IMG/VR virus record: IMGVR_UViG_3300025632_000046
Span: 1 to 32,247 of that record
Source of the DNA: a virus
Taxonomy: Duplodnaviria > Caudoviricetes
Direction: 5' to 3' (one strand)
Length of the DNA: 32,247 nucleotides
Shown: in pieces, positions 18,125 to 26,426 of the stretch
Layout: each line of letters starts with the position of its first letter
Position numbering within the stretch: position 1 is the first letter of the stretch
Notes under the pieces: generated by a model
What the model was told of the DNA's origin: nothing
The model's database searches: none
Seen by the model: only the letters and a program-made list of their open reading frames with translations
Translations under genes and position numbers: made by a program

Positions 18125-18312
18125 TTAAGGCCGAGGTTTGCGTCGGTTGCTGGTGAGGTGGTGGCTTCGACGGCATTATTCATGCCCGCGTTCGACTTCC
18201 ATGCGCCCTGGTAAATAGTGACTGCCGCACCGGATGGCTGCGAATCGACGCGCACGATGTTGCACGCGGCGAGCAGTAGTGATGCGGCGAGGAAAAAGAT
18301 TAGGGCTTTCAT
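18121..18312 (-). CDS. Small lipoprotein
   Basis: MKALIFFLAASLLLAA-C lipobox; ATGA overlap with the upstream gene and a 4-nt overlap with the downstream gene. Confidence 0.75.
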   Translation of the reverse strand: MKALIFFLAASLLLAACNIVRVDSQPSGAAVTIYQGAWKSNAGMNNAVEATTSPATDANLGLK

Positions 18313-18641
18313 CGGTGGGTGCCCTTCTCGTTGATATAGCCCGCCAATACGGCCAGCGACTTGTCCAGGCTGTGCAGCAGCTCGTCGTGCTTCACATCCT
18401 TTTGATTGAGCCGCAGATCGCCCTGCTCTAGCCGAGCGACATCGCGGCGGATCTGAGACTCGGTCGATGAATTTTGCACGATATGGCTCTCCACTTTGCG
18501 ATCCACAGCGACCACTTTACGATCCACCTCAGTGACCATAATATAAGCGGTGCCGCTGCCAGTGATCATGCCAGCGACGATGCCGACGACGACGCCGACG
18601 ACGATCTGCGCGATGATTCCTTTTTTGTCTGATTCGCTCAT
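18309..18641 (-). CDS. Membrane-anchored coiled-coil protein
   Basis: TM IIAQIVVGVVVGIVAGMI, then VDRKV repeats and heptads. Confidence 0.75.
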   Translation of the reverse strand: MSESDKKGIIAQIVVGVVVGIVAGMITGSGTAYIMVTEVDRKVVAVDRKVESHIVQNSSTESQIRRDVARLEQGDLRLNQKDVKHDELLHSLDKSLAVLAGYINEKGTHR

Positions 18642-18699
18642 GCGTTTTTTTGTATGTGTGCGGTCGATACGGATGTTTAAGCTCTACGTTTGCCCCCTT

Positions 18700-21147
18700 T
18701 TACTGGCTCAGCCGAGCGTGCCAGGTGAACGTCTGACCGGCGGTCGTCGGATCAGCATCGGCGTTGATCGTAAATTGTGTATCAGTGATGCTAGTCACCC
18801 AGAATTTCACAGAGTCCGTGCTATTGGTCGGCGCGATCGACACCTCAGTGGGGGCTTTGCGGACGCCATGAGCCACAACGATACTAGTCGTTCCGGTGGC
18901 GATAGTGGCAGTGCCTGAGTTAGTCACCTTGTAGCCGGTGCCGTTGACATAATAGTTATTAGCAATTACCCCCGTAGTGGGAGCTGACGCGGAAATGTTT
19001 AAATCTTTATTAGAACCATCCAAACGGTTACCAGTAATCACATAATCAGTGGTCGTGCCCGCTAGATAAATCCCCCAATAATGCTCCACCCAATTCCCCA
19101 TGACGACGGGGCTCGCTCCTGATAGCGAAATCCCCGAATGGAAAGACGCATTACCCGTCGCACGGATTACGTTACCTGAAATCACCCCGTAATTGGTTGA
19201 GGATGCTGCGCCAATGGCCGCGAAGTTTACGATGTCCTTTAAATTGTTATTTGAAATAACGTAGTTATCGCCGGTCGTAATTGAAATCCCCCCATAAGCT
19301 CCAATCAATTGCAGGAAATTTTCCGTAATGGTGAGATTGTCGCCACCGAGCCTAATCCCCGCATCGACGGTGGCCGAGATGGTATTACCCGATATTACGA
19401 CCCGATCCACAGTGCCATTATTAGTGATCCCCCGATCACCAGAATCGAGGATGCGATTTGCGTGAACCATCGCGTCGTGAGATGAGAGCTGGATGGAGTG
19501 GCTCCCGGTGCCAGAAATCACGTTACCACTAATATCGGCGTATGGTTGAGCTGTGGTCGTATAAATGCCCACACCGACCGCATCGGTGACTTCGCCATTT
19601 TTAAATGTGCAATGAGCGCCTGCGATGTAAACGCCTTGCGCACCGGCTCTCAGCGTGGTGTTGCCCGCACACGTAATCCCATCCTTGACCAGGTGGAAAC
19701 CAATCGTGCCCGAGTCTGCATCCAAGCAATCAGTTATTTTCGCATTTTCCGCGCTGATATAAAATCCCACGGCGGCGGCGTTTAGCGAGGTATTACCCGA
19801 TGCACGCAGCACACTGGCCCCGCTGCCACCCGTCGCAGCACCCAATATGAAACCATTGACTAACGAATCCTCAGACACATTACCGTCAATCGAGCACCCA
19901 TCCGCAAAGGTCACACTGATCCCAGTGTTCTGCGTGGCCTTGGTGTAGTTACCACTGACGACGTGAAAGTTACCCGCGACGCTTAACCCGAAACCACCAG
20001 TTGATGTCGAGGTGACACCCTCCACCGAATTGCCCATGATCTTAATGCCCCGAGCCACCGAGGTCACGCCAACAGCGGCAGCGCCAATGATGTCGGAAAA
20101 TTTATTGCCGATAACAGTGGTATGCTCTGGTCGGCACTCCTCTTGAGTCAGCGTGCCACCGTCGTCATCGTAAGTCATGTCGATGCCTTTAGGCTCGGAT
20201 GCCCCACCAACCGACCAACCAAATCCGGTGTTGGTAACTTCGTTAAAGCTTATATCACCATTACGCACGCCATACGTATGAATGCCGTTACCATTACAAT
20301 CGTAGATTCGATTGTGAGTGATCACCGCACCCGGGTTCACCCCATCAAGATCAATGCCGTCTTGACCTGCGCTGTGAATCCAGCAGTTGCGGATCGTCAG
20401 ATTTTCCGTATTGTCACCATTAATCACCTCATTCTCGCGATAGGGAGATTGCGCCGGATAGCTACCATCGAGCTGAAGACTATGGATCGTGACGTTCTTA
20501 AAATAGCGCGATCCGTTTTTGTTGATCTTCACGACACGCCAATCACTATCAGCCGTGGCGTTCAGCTTTAAACATGAGTCAAAACCCACCCCAAAAAGCG
20601 TTGTCCCTTCGACCGTAATATCAAGGTCACGCACCATGTATGTGCCAGGCGGAATAAACACAGCCCCACCAACATCGAGCGCCGCCTGGATCGCAGCAGT
20701 GTCATCAGTCACGCCATCGCCGATAGCACCATAGGGCGCATTTTTAACATTAATAATGGCAGTAGATTGATTAGTGGCCAGGGTGCCTTGCGCGGCAGTA
20801 GCAAACGCAGCATCCGCTGCAGTGACAGTGTAAGCATCCGCAATCCCATAGCCCGAGAGCGTGGTCGGCTTGCCGGTGACGTCGGCCCAGGCGGAGGTGA
20901 TGTTTAAATCCGCAGCCCACTCGGCTGCATCAAATGCGGAGTTGCTCGACGGGTCCGCCGCAAAGGGCGAGACGATCTGCTCCAGGGTGGCATCGACATC
21001 GGCAGGCGTGCCATCGACATCGACCATCCAGACCTTGTCGCTCGCGCTGATCGTGGTGGCATCGGGTAGCGCCTCGATGGTGCTGGTCGCGGCCTGCGCG
21101 AACAGTGAGAGTGACAGTGCGAGTGCGAGTGTGAAAATGTATTTCAT
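18700..21147 (-). CDS. Beta-helix fibre/spike (pectate-lyase-3-like depolymerase fold) with N-terminal signal peptide
   Basis: WADVTGKPTTLSGYGIADAY and ATAAQG fibre repeats; NVKNAPYGAIGDGVTDDTAAIQAAL...FIPPGTY; many I.GN repeats; C-terminal beta-sandwich. Confidence 0.88.
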   Translation of the reverse strand: MKYIFTLALALSLSLFAQAATSTIEALPDATTISASDKVWMVDVDGTPADVDATLEQIVSPFAADPSSNSAFDAAEWAADLNITSAWADVTGKPTTLSGYGIADAYTVTAADAAFATAAQGTLATNQSTAIINVKNAPYGAIGDGVTDDTAAIQAALDVGGAVFIPPGTYMVRDLDITVEGTTLFGVGFDSCLKLNATADSDWRVVKINKNGSRYFKNVTIHSLQLDGSYPAQSPYRENEVINGDNTENLTIRNCWIHSAGQDGIDLDGVNPGAVITHNRIYDCNGNGIHTYGVRNGDISFNEVTNTGFGWSVGGASEPKGIDMTYDDDGGTLTQEECRPEHTTVIGNKFSDIIGAAAVGVTSVARGIKIMGNSVEGVTSTSTGGFGLSVAGNFHVVSGNYTKATQNTGISVTFADGCSIDGNVSEDSLVNGFILGAATGGSGASVLRASGNTSLNAAAVGFYISAENAKITDCLDADSGTIGFHLVKDGITCAGNTTLRAGAQGVYIAGAHCTFKNGEVTDAVGVGIYTTTAQPYADISGNVISGTGSHSIQLSSHDAMVHANRILDSGDRGITNNGTVDRVVISGNTISATVDAGIRLGGDNLTITENFLQLIGAYGGISITTGDNYVISNNNLKDIVNFAAIGAASSTNYGVISGNVIRATGNASFHSGISLSGASPVVMGNWVEHYWGIYLAGTTTDYVITGNRLDGSNKDLNISASAPTTGVIANNYYVNGTGYKVTNSGTATIATGTTSIVVAHGVRKAPTEVSIAPTNSTDSVKFWVTSITDTQFTINADADPTTAGQTFTWHARLSQ

Positions 21148-21166
21148 GCTGGATTTTAATTTCTAA

Positions 21167-21208
21167 GTTCTGGCCGCTGCCTTCTGCCTTCTGTCTTCTG
21201 TCTTCTGA
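21167..21208. repeat. Heptamer tandem repeat
   Basis: GTTCTGG CCGCTGC CTTCTGC CTTCTGT CTTCTGT CTTCTGA. Confidence 0.75.
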
Positions 21209-21268
21209 AAAAATAGGTGCCAGCGGCGCGGCAGGAATATCAAACGCACCCCGCCGCTGGACTTTTTT
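21208..21268. terminator. Possibly bidirectional terminator
   Basis: CCAGCGGCG (21220-21228) / CGCCGCTGG (21252-21260) with an A-run on the left and a T-run on the right. Confidence 0.6.
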
Positions 21269-21315
21269 GTGACTAACAATAACAAGCTTGTGATCGTTGA
21301 AAAAGTACGCCGCGC

Positions 21316-21546
21316 TTACTTGTCGCCGTCGCCCTTCGGTGCGGCTTTCTCTTCGGCTTTCTCTTCGGCTTTCTCTTCGGCTTTCTTGGTTTTGGCTTTG
21401 ATCGGCTTGCCATAGACGCCACGGCCCGCAGACACGACGAGTTTTGCATCTGCCGCGGGCAGAGTATACACTTTGCCGCGCGTTAATGACTTACCCGCTG
21501 CACGGCAGCCGGTGGTGATCGTTACTATTTGTTTATCATCTGACAT
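21316..21546 (-). CDS. Small post-capsid protein
   Basis: GKVYTLPAADAKLVVSAGRG plus AEEK x3 tail; usual position after the MCP. Confidence 0.75.
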   Translation of the reverse strand: MSDDKQIVTITTGCRAAGKSLTRGKVYTLPAADAKLVVSAGRGVYGKPIKAKTKKAEEKAEEKAEEKAAPKGDGDK

Positions 21547-21579
21547 AACTTTTTTAATAATTTGATTTTACGATTAAGG

Positions 21580-21617
21580 AAAAAGCCCGGCAGTGGTAGT
21601 GCTACGCACCACCGGGC
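21580..21617 (-). terminator. Intrinsic terminator after the capsid gene
   Basis: Minus strand GCCCGG...CCGGGC followed by TTTTT. Confidence 0.7.
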
Positions 21618-21655
21618 CCCCTGTTATTTTGCTTATACCCCTCTATAAGAGTTGA

Positions 21656-23107
21656 TTACGCAGTGAGCACGTCTTGTGTGGCGGCGAACTTGCCGGAATC
21701 ATTTACGACGCTGTCGTGATAGACGGCGCAGTGGATGCGATTCATGCCCTCGGTGGCCTGCGTGAGGTTATCCACCAGAAACTCGATGCCACCCCACTGT
21801 GCAGTCGACAATCCAGACCAGTCGCCCACTAGCGCAGCGGAGCAGACTGCCCCCGATGCGCCCTTGACCAAATTGCTCGGCACCACGTTAGACAGTTCGA
21901 AGCCACGGCCGGCGAGGCGCGTCGCTTCGGCTGGCAAGATCTTGCCGTCACCGACTGGCTCGCCACCGCTATCCAGCGTCAATGCGGTGCGCATCAAGGC
22001 AGTCTCGACCGAGGTGTTGAGCAGATACTTGATCGCATCCGGATCCACGTTTGCCGCGGTGAGCTGGCCGGCTAGGTTGACGATGTCCTCATAGGTGAGG
22101 GCCCCACCATCGGTGCCAAGCGCGATATCGCCGATACCGGATGTCGCGAGGATGTCGAGGATATAGCTCTTCTCCATCGCGATACGAGTTTCGCTGAGCA
22201 CGTGATTCGTGATGCGGCGCTCCAGGTTGCGCTCGCCGGACTGCATAAACAGCTGCTTGCTGATATCAACAAACGACGGCGTGCGACGCGGATTGAGCGG
22301 CGCATTCTCGAACGTTACACCGATCTCAGTCGCGGCGGCGTTTTCACCCTTATCGGACGGAGCCGTGCCACGCACGATGCGATTGACCGAGAAATTACCA
22401 ACCAGCCCATCATTCACATCTGCACCGAGGCGGGAGATGACTAACTTCTCCATCAGTGCATCCAACAGCGAGCCGACCGAAGACTGCACCAAATTACCGC
22501 CCAGATTGGCTGTGCCGGTCGCGGTCTGATCACGGCGCTCACCAGAGCTGAGGGCGATCGAGCCGACCATGATGCTGCCAGCTTGGATCGAAAAGCCCGC
22601 AGCGCGCGCTTCGGCCTCGCCTTCCTGGACCATTTCCGCCTCGATACCATCGTAGCCGCGCCCCTCCGAGGCCAAACGGATCACGCGGCCCAGGCTAAAC
22701 TGTGCGAGATCGCGACTTTCGCCACGGCTGCGCCCGTGATGGATGCCTGGCACGAAATGCCCAGTATCAGTTTGGCTTGCGCGTGCTTCAAGCTGCGCTT
22801 GCTGATTGTCACGATCGACGCGCTCTTGACCCGCAGCGATCTGCGCATCGAGCGTGCGTAGCTCCGCATTAATTTCATCGTGGCGCGCTTGCTGCGCTGC
22901 GGATAGTTCGCCGTTGGGCTGATCCTCGCTGCGCCCTTCCGGTGCGTCGAGGATGCCATTCAGCTCAGCCACCAGCACACCCCGCGCTTCGACTCGTTGA
23001 GTAAGAGTTTGAGAGCCGCCACCAGGTGCGACAATGCCCAGCCCTAAACAGCTGCGCATGATATATGCGCCGAAAAATACGGCGAGGATTTGGATCAATG
23101 TTTTCAT
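21656..23107 (-). CDS. Major capsid protein, HK97 family
   Basis: Coiled-coil delta domain, GGNLV, LNPRR....DISKQL, LAGRGFELSNVVP, VGDWS; follows the protease. Confidence 0.92.
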   Translation of the reverse strand: MKTLIQILAVFFGAYIMRSCLGLGIVAPGGGSQTLTQRVEARGVLVAELNGILDAPEGRSEDQPNGELSAAQQARHDEINAELRTLDAQIAAGQERVDRDNQQAQLEARASQTDTGHFVPGIHHGRSRGESRDLAQFSLGRVIRLASEGRGYDGIEAEMVQEGEAEARAAGFSIQAGSIMVGSIALSSGERRDQTATGTANLGGNLVQSSVGSLLDALMEKLVISRLGADVNDGLVGNFSVNRIVRGTAPSDKGENAAATEIGVTFENAPLNPRRTPSFVDISKQLFMQSGERNLERRITNHVLSETRIAMEKSYILDILATSGIGDIALGTDGGALTYEDIVNLAGQLTAANVDPDAIKYLLNTSVETALMRTALTLDSGGEPVGDGKILPAEATRLAGRGFELSNVVPSNLVKGASGAVCSAALVGDWSGLSTAQWGGIEFLVDNLTQATEGMNRIHCAVYHDSVVNDSGKFAATQDVLTA

Positions 23108-23129
23108 AATATCTACGGTTTTTTTTTGA

Positions 23130-23765
23130 TTATTGAAGCCGGGCTGCTCGCAAGCGTAGCACCTGCAAACTCGGCGTAGTTGGTTTTTCGTTGCGCTCTT
23201 CCGAGGCAGATTGCCCGGCGGGAGATTTGGTGCGGCTCAGTTCGAGGCTACGCTTGGCGATGCTCGTATCTGGATACGCGGGAAAAGTAACAGCAGAGAC
23301 CTCGATCAGCTCGACATCGATCAAACGGCGCAGCTCGGGCTCATCCTCGCGCTCGATCCATTCTTGCTCGCGGGCACGGAAGCCAAAACTCATGCCGTCG
23401 ATATTGCCGGCGTTGATGTTGGCGATCAGATCGCGGGCCGCAGTGGTATCGGGCAGATCGATCTCGATCCGCAGCCCGGTCGCGTCCTCCTCTAGGCGCA
23501 GGGTTTTTGCATCGCGGCGCCCAATCACCTGCGCGCTGTCGTGATTATACAGCGCTCGCACATCGTCGCCATCGGTCAACGATCGCGTAAAGGCACCCAC
23601 CACCACCTCCTCCTCGAACCAGCCCAGATCGGTGCGCGAATCAAACACCGCAGCATAGCCCACCAGCGTCGGCATCGTGCCATCAGCGCCAGCACGTAGC
23701 TCGACGCGGCTAGTAGTCACGGCGCTGCGGATTTCGGTCTGCAAAGGAGATGGTTTTTTAATCAT
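23130..23765 (-). CDS. Prohead protease, HK97 family
   Basis: GYAAVFD, ALYNHD, GMSFGF, EVSAVTFPAYPDT. Confidence 0.96.
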   Translation of the reverse strand: MIKKPSPLQTEIRSAVTTSRVELRAGADGTMPTLVGYAAVFDSRTDLGWFEEEVVVGAFTRSLTDGDDVRALYNHDSAQVIGRRDAKTLRLEEDATGLRIEIDLPDTTAARDLIANINAGNIDGMSFGFRAREQEWIEREDEPELRRLIDVELIEVSAVTFPAYPDTSIAKRSLELSRTKSPAGQSASEERNEKPTTPSLQVLRLRAARLQ

Positions 23766-25003
23766 TTGGTGTCGGGTTTATTATTGGCAGCATCGGCCAT
23801 GTTAAGCGGTTGCAGATAGACGTCGCCCTGCGCGCCGATATTACTCAAATCTTCCAGAGCGCGGATCTCGTTGACGTTCATCCACCCCCCATTACGCGCG
23901 ATGCTATACGCCTCAAAGCGCGTTTTCAGATCACCACGGAGCAACCCCGCGATATTAAATTTGATAAAATGCGTTTTCCGCTCCTCGGCGCTCAGCAGCT
24001 TTTGATCCAGCGCCTGCTCCCAGGTCACCAAGATCGGGCGAATCGTATCAGTGACGAACGATATATTCTCCTGCTCCACATTGGCACGCGGCTGGTTGCC
24101 GATGATCCCTACTTTGTGCCCAGGCACCGAAAAGAAACGCGCAATATCCTTCGCCTGACGATCGCGAGATTCATCAAACTGGCTCTCGTTATTCTTCGAT
24201 CTGCCTTCGCGAAACTTTAAATCCTCTTCCAGAACTTTCACTTTGCTGGCATTTTCGCCACCGGTCGCCGTCTGGAAAGCCACCTCCAAACGTTTGAGCG
24301 CCTCGGGGCTCAACTGGTTCGGAGTTTCAAGGAAGCCACCGGGGAAAGAGCCATTCTTGAAAAAATAGCCCGCGTTTTTATCCAGCGCCGCAGCCAAGCC
24401 GATACTATCGCGTGCGGTATCAGTCAGGCTTGCAGGCAGGATGCCATTAAACGACGTGCCACGCAGGTGGATCACCTGGCTGCCATCCAACGTGCTACCA
24501 TCCACAATATATTTTAACTCACCAGCGATACGTTTCGGCTGCACGTCCTTCGCCTGCCGAGCGATCAACCCAGTAATATCGCCAAACCCATTGCGCACGA
24601 TGATCGCGTACCCGTTTTGATGCAGCGATAGATTCGCCTGCACCGCGCGCCGAAAATCCACCGATGTCATATCCTCATGCGGCGCACTGTGCAAAATCGA
24701 CTGCAAATGATGATCTAAATCCACGGTACTCGCCCGCTCGCCCGGTACTCGCCGGTGAACATTTAGCGGCAGCGTCGCCACCGTGTTGGCCAACAGATTA
24801 ACCGCCGCATACGCCGTCGAAACGCCCATCGCCACCTGCTCATTAACATTAATGCCAGCGCTCGAGGCCGCGCCCAACAGCGAGTTAATCCACAGCGTCT
24901 CTACCGATGGGGCCGCAGGGGCCGCAACCGCCCCCGCCTTAAACGATGCACGCGCCTCCGTCCCCGGAATAAATTTTGCGATAGATGAAAATAGCTGCGG
25001 CAT
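23762..25003 (-). CDS. Portal protein, HK97 family
   Basis: LANTVATLPL, GYFFKNG, IARFFSVP, LLRGDLKTR, GWMNVNEIRALEDL. Confidence 0.96.
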   Translation of the reverse strand: MPQLFSSIAKFIPGTEARASFKAGAVAAPAAPSVETLWINSLLGAASSAGINVNEQVAMGVSTAYAAVNLLANTVATLPLNVHRRVPGERASTVDLDHHLQSILHSAPHEDMTSVDFRRAVQANLSLHQNGYAIIVRNGFGDITGLIARQAKDVQPKRIAGELKYIVDGSTLDGSQVIHLRGTSFNGILPASLTDTARDSIGLAAALDKNAGYFFKNGSFPGGFLETPNQLSPEALKRLEVAFQTATGGENASKVKVLEEDLKFREGRSKNNESQFDESRDRQAKDIARFFSVPGHKVGIIGNQPRANVEQENISFVTDTIRPILVTWEQALDQKLLSAEERKTHFIKFNIAGLLRGDLKTRFEAYSIARNGGWMNVNEIRALEDLSNIGAQGDVYLQPLNMADAANNKPDTK

Positions 25004-25094
25004 GCATACAGAGTGGCCGAGCCCGAACGACTAAACAATTCACGGATTGTTTTACCTCGTTTAACTGAGTTTTACTGAGTCTAGTTCCAGTGGG

Positions 25095-25140
25095 GCAGAA
25101 CAGTCATGCGACTCAATGCTGAGTCTCTTTTACGTTCTCT
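25095..25140 (+). repeat. attC-like site 1 (short, possibly degenerate)
   Basis: GCAGAAC...GACTCA-ATGC-TGAGTC...GTTCTCT. Confidence 0.6.
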
Positions 25141-25304
25141 AATTGAATTTCAGCATCCATCTTGTCGAATAACTTCAGCTCCTTCTCCCATCGATCCATT
25201 AGTCGTCTGAACTCTTTGCGGTTTTCAGCATCAAGAAACGCATCACCACTAAAAACTGACGCATCAATGGCATCTAGTTGATCTTCTAAGTATTTTCGCA
25301 TCAT
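25113..25304 (-). CDS. Cassette 1 hypothetical protein
   Basis: 63 aa; the C-terminus ENVKETQH* is encoded inside site 1. Confidence 0.75.
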   Translation of the reverse strand: MMRKYLEDQLDAIDASVFSGDAFLDAENRKEFRRLMDRWEKELKLFDKMDAEIQLENVKETQH

Positions 25305-25334
25305 AGTATTTATCGTGTTTGTGTTACGTCTGGC

Positions 25335-25382
25335 CGAGAACCAGACAGTCGAGGGAACAAGTCCCTCACTTATTCGTTATAC
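25335..25382 (+). repeat. attC-like site 2 (48 bp)
   Basis: CGAGAAC-CAGAC-AGT(C)GAGGGA-ACAAG-TCCCTCACT-TATTC-GTTATAC. Confidence 0.88.
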
Positions 25383-25655
25383 TTAAAAGTCGTAGGCGAT
25401 TTCCTGCCGCTTCGCCAGCTCTAGGACGGCGGTCTCTTCTGTTGCATCCCACACAATATCGGGATGATCGCACGGGTAACATGTGCCGCAAGTCATGGCA
25501 TCCAACATCGCCGATTCATAGTCACCAACCCATGCTTCCCACTTGCCCTCGTCTTCGTTAATATCTTCACGGCGCTTTGTCTGTATGCCGTGTTTTTCAC
25601 GCCATAGAATATACGGCGATTTGCTCGCCACTTCGTTTTCTTTGAATAGTTCCAT
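25383..25655 (-). CDS. Cassette 2 hypothetical protein
   Basis: 90 aa ORF; its stop abuts the R' box of site 2. Confidence 0.78.
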   Translation of the reverse strand: MELFKENEVASKSPYILWREKHGIQTKRREDINEDEGKWEAWVGDYESAMLDAMTCGTCYPCDHPDIVWDATEETAVLELAKRQEIAYDF

Positions 25656-25680
25656 ATTGTTCCAGTCGTTACGTTAAAAA

Positions 25681-25743
25681 GTATAACAAATCAGCGCTCA
25701 CAATTCCTTCGTGCCTCAGTCATGAGACACTTCATTGTTTGTA
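25681..25743 (+). repeat. attC-like site 3
   Basis: GTATAAC-AAATC-AGCGCTCA...TGAGACACT-TCATT-GTTTGTA. Confidence 0.78.
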
Positions 25744-25775
25744 AAATTTTGGGAGGTATAACCAGATCGCTTGAT

Positions 25776-25970
25776 TCAATCGTATTGATCCACGGTTGTA
25801 TTAATAGCATCAGTGATCATTTCAGCCTCGCTAGCTCTGAAACAAAAGTGGTCTTGTCCTTCACCCTCCAACCCAATGCAAAACTCATCATCGGTATTTT
25901 CTATTTTGTAGATGCGAAGTCTTTGCCCTTCATCATTCGTTAGTATTACTGTTTCATATTCTTTTTTCAT
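25776..25970 (-). CDS. Cassette 3 hypothetical protein
   Basis: 64 aa; the ATG lies inside the R'' box (TCATAAC) of site 4. Confidence 0.72.
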   Translation of the reverse strand: MKKEYETVILTNDEGQRLRIYKIENTDDEFCIGLEGEGQDHFCFRASEAEMITDAINTTVDQYD

Positions 25971-26054
25971 AACCAGTCAGTGCGGTGAATGCGAGATCAC
26001 GCGCCAGTGTTGTTTAAATCAGTTGGCTCGCATCCACCAACTTCGTTGTTCTGC
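25967..26054 (+). repeat. attC-like site 4
   Basis: TCATAAC-CAGTC-AGTGCGGTGAATGCGAG...CTCGCATCCACCAACT-TCGTT-GTTCTGC. Confidence 0.86.
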
Positions 26055-26060
26055 TTCAGA

Positions 26061-26378
26061 TTATCCACCACCCCACCAAGCGAAGCCTTCGGGAGTTGTC
26101 ACCTTTCTCGGGCGAGGAACATCTTTCGGCAATTCGTATGGTTGGCGTGGATCGTCTCGGTCTTCAGAGTGTCCGCGAATATTCCACCATGCTGTGTGGT
26201 CAGCCTCTTTGAGAGCATCCCACGCTCCGGCCTCATCAGCGGCGAAGGCGAACGCCATGCCGTCTGTGTAATCGGTCAATACGCATTCCCAAACCCAGCA
26301 GAACAAGGCAGTGCTACCAACCTGCTCCCCGCTGGGAGTTGTCGGCGTTAATTCTGATTCGGTAGTTTCTGGTGTCAT
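26061..26378 (-). CDS. Cassette 4 hypothetical protein
   Basis: Start moved to ATG 26378 (MTPETTES) inside the loop of site 5; LFCWVWECVLTDYTDGMAFAFA...AWWGGG. Confidence 0.75.
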   Translation of the reverse strand: MTPETTESELTPTTPSGEQVGSTALFCWVWECVLTDYTDGMAFAFAADEAGAWDALKEADHTAWWNIRGHSEDRDDPRQPYELPKDVPRPRKVTTPEGFAWWGGG

Positions 26379-26426
26379 TGGTCGTTTTTGGTTGTGTCCG
26401 CAGGTGGCAGACTTTGGTCGTTCTAC
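26298..26426 (+). repeat. attC-like site 5
   Basis: GCAGAAC-AAGGC-AGT(G)CTACCAACCTGC...GCAGGTGGCAGACT-TTGGTC-GTTCTAC. Confidence 0.88.

Noticed and set aside
8651-21147. Diversity-generating retroelement or invertible tail-fibre system
   Set aside because: No reverse transcriptase, invertase or TR/VR duplicate seen.
21343-21385. 12 bp tandem repeat
   Set aside because: Simply encodes the low-complexity AEEK tail of the post-capsid protein.
25756-25801. Eleventh attC (GTATAAC-CAGAT...GTTGTAT)
   Set aside because: The L boxes do not pair at the right spacing. It is at most a remnant, which might explain the poor R'/R'' match of cassette 3.
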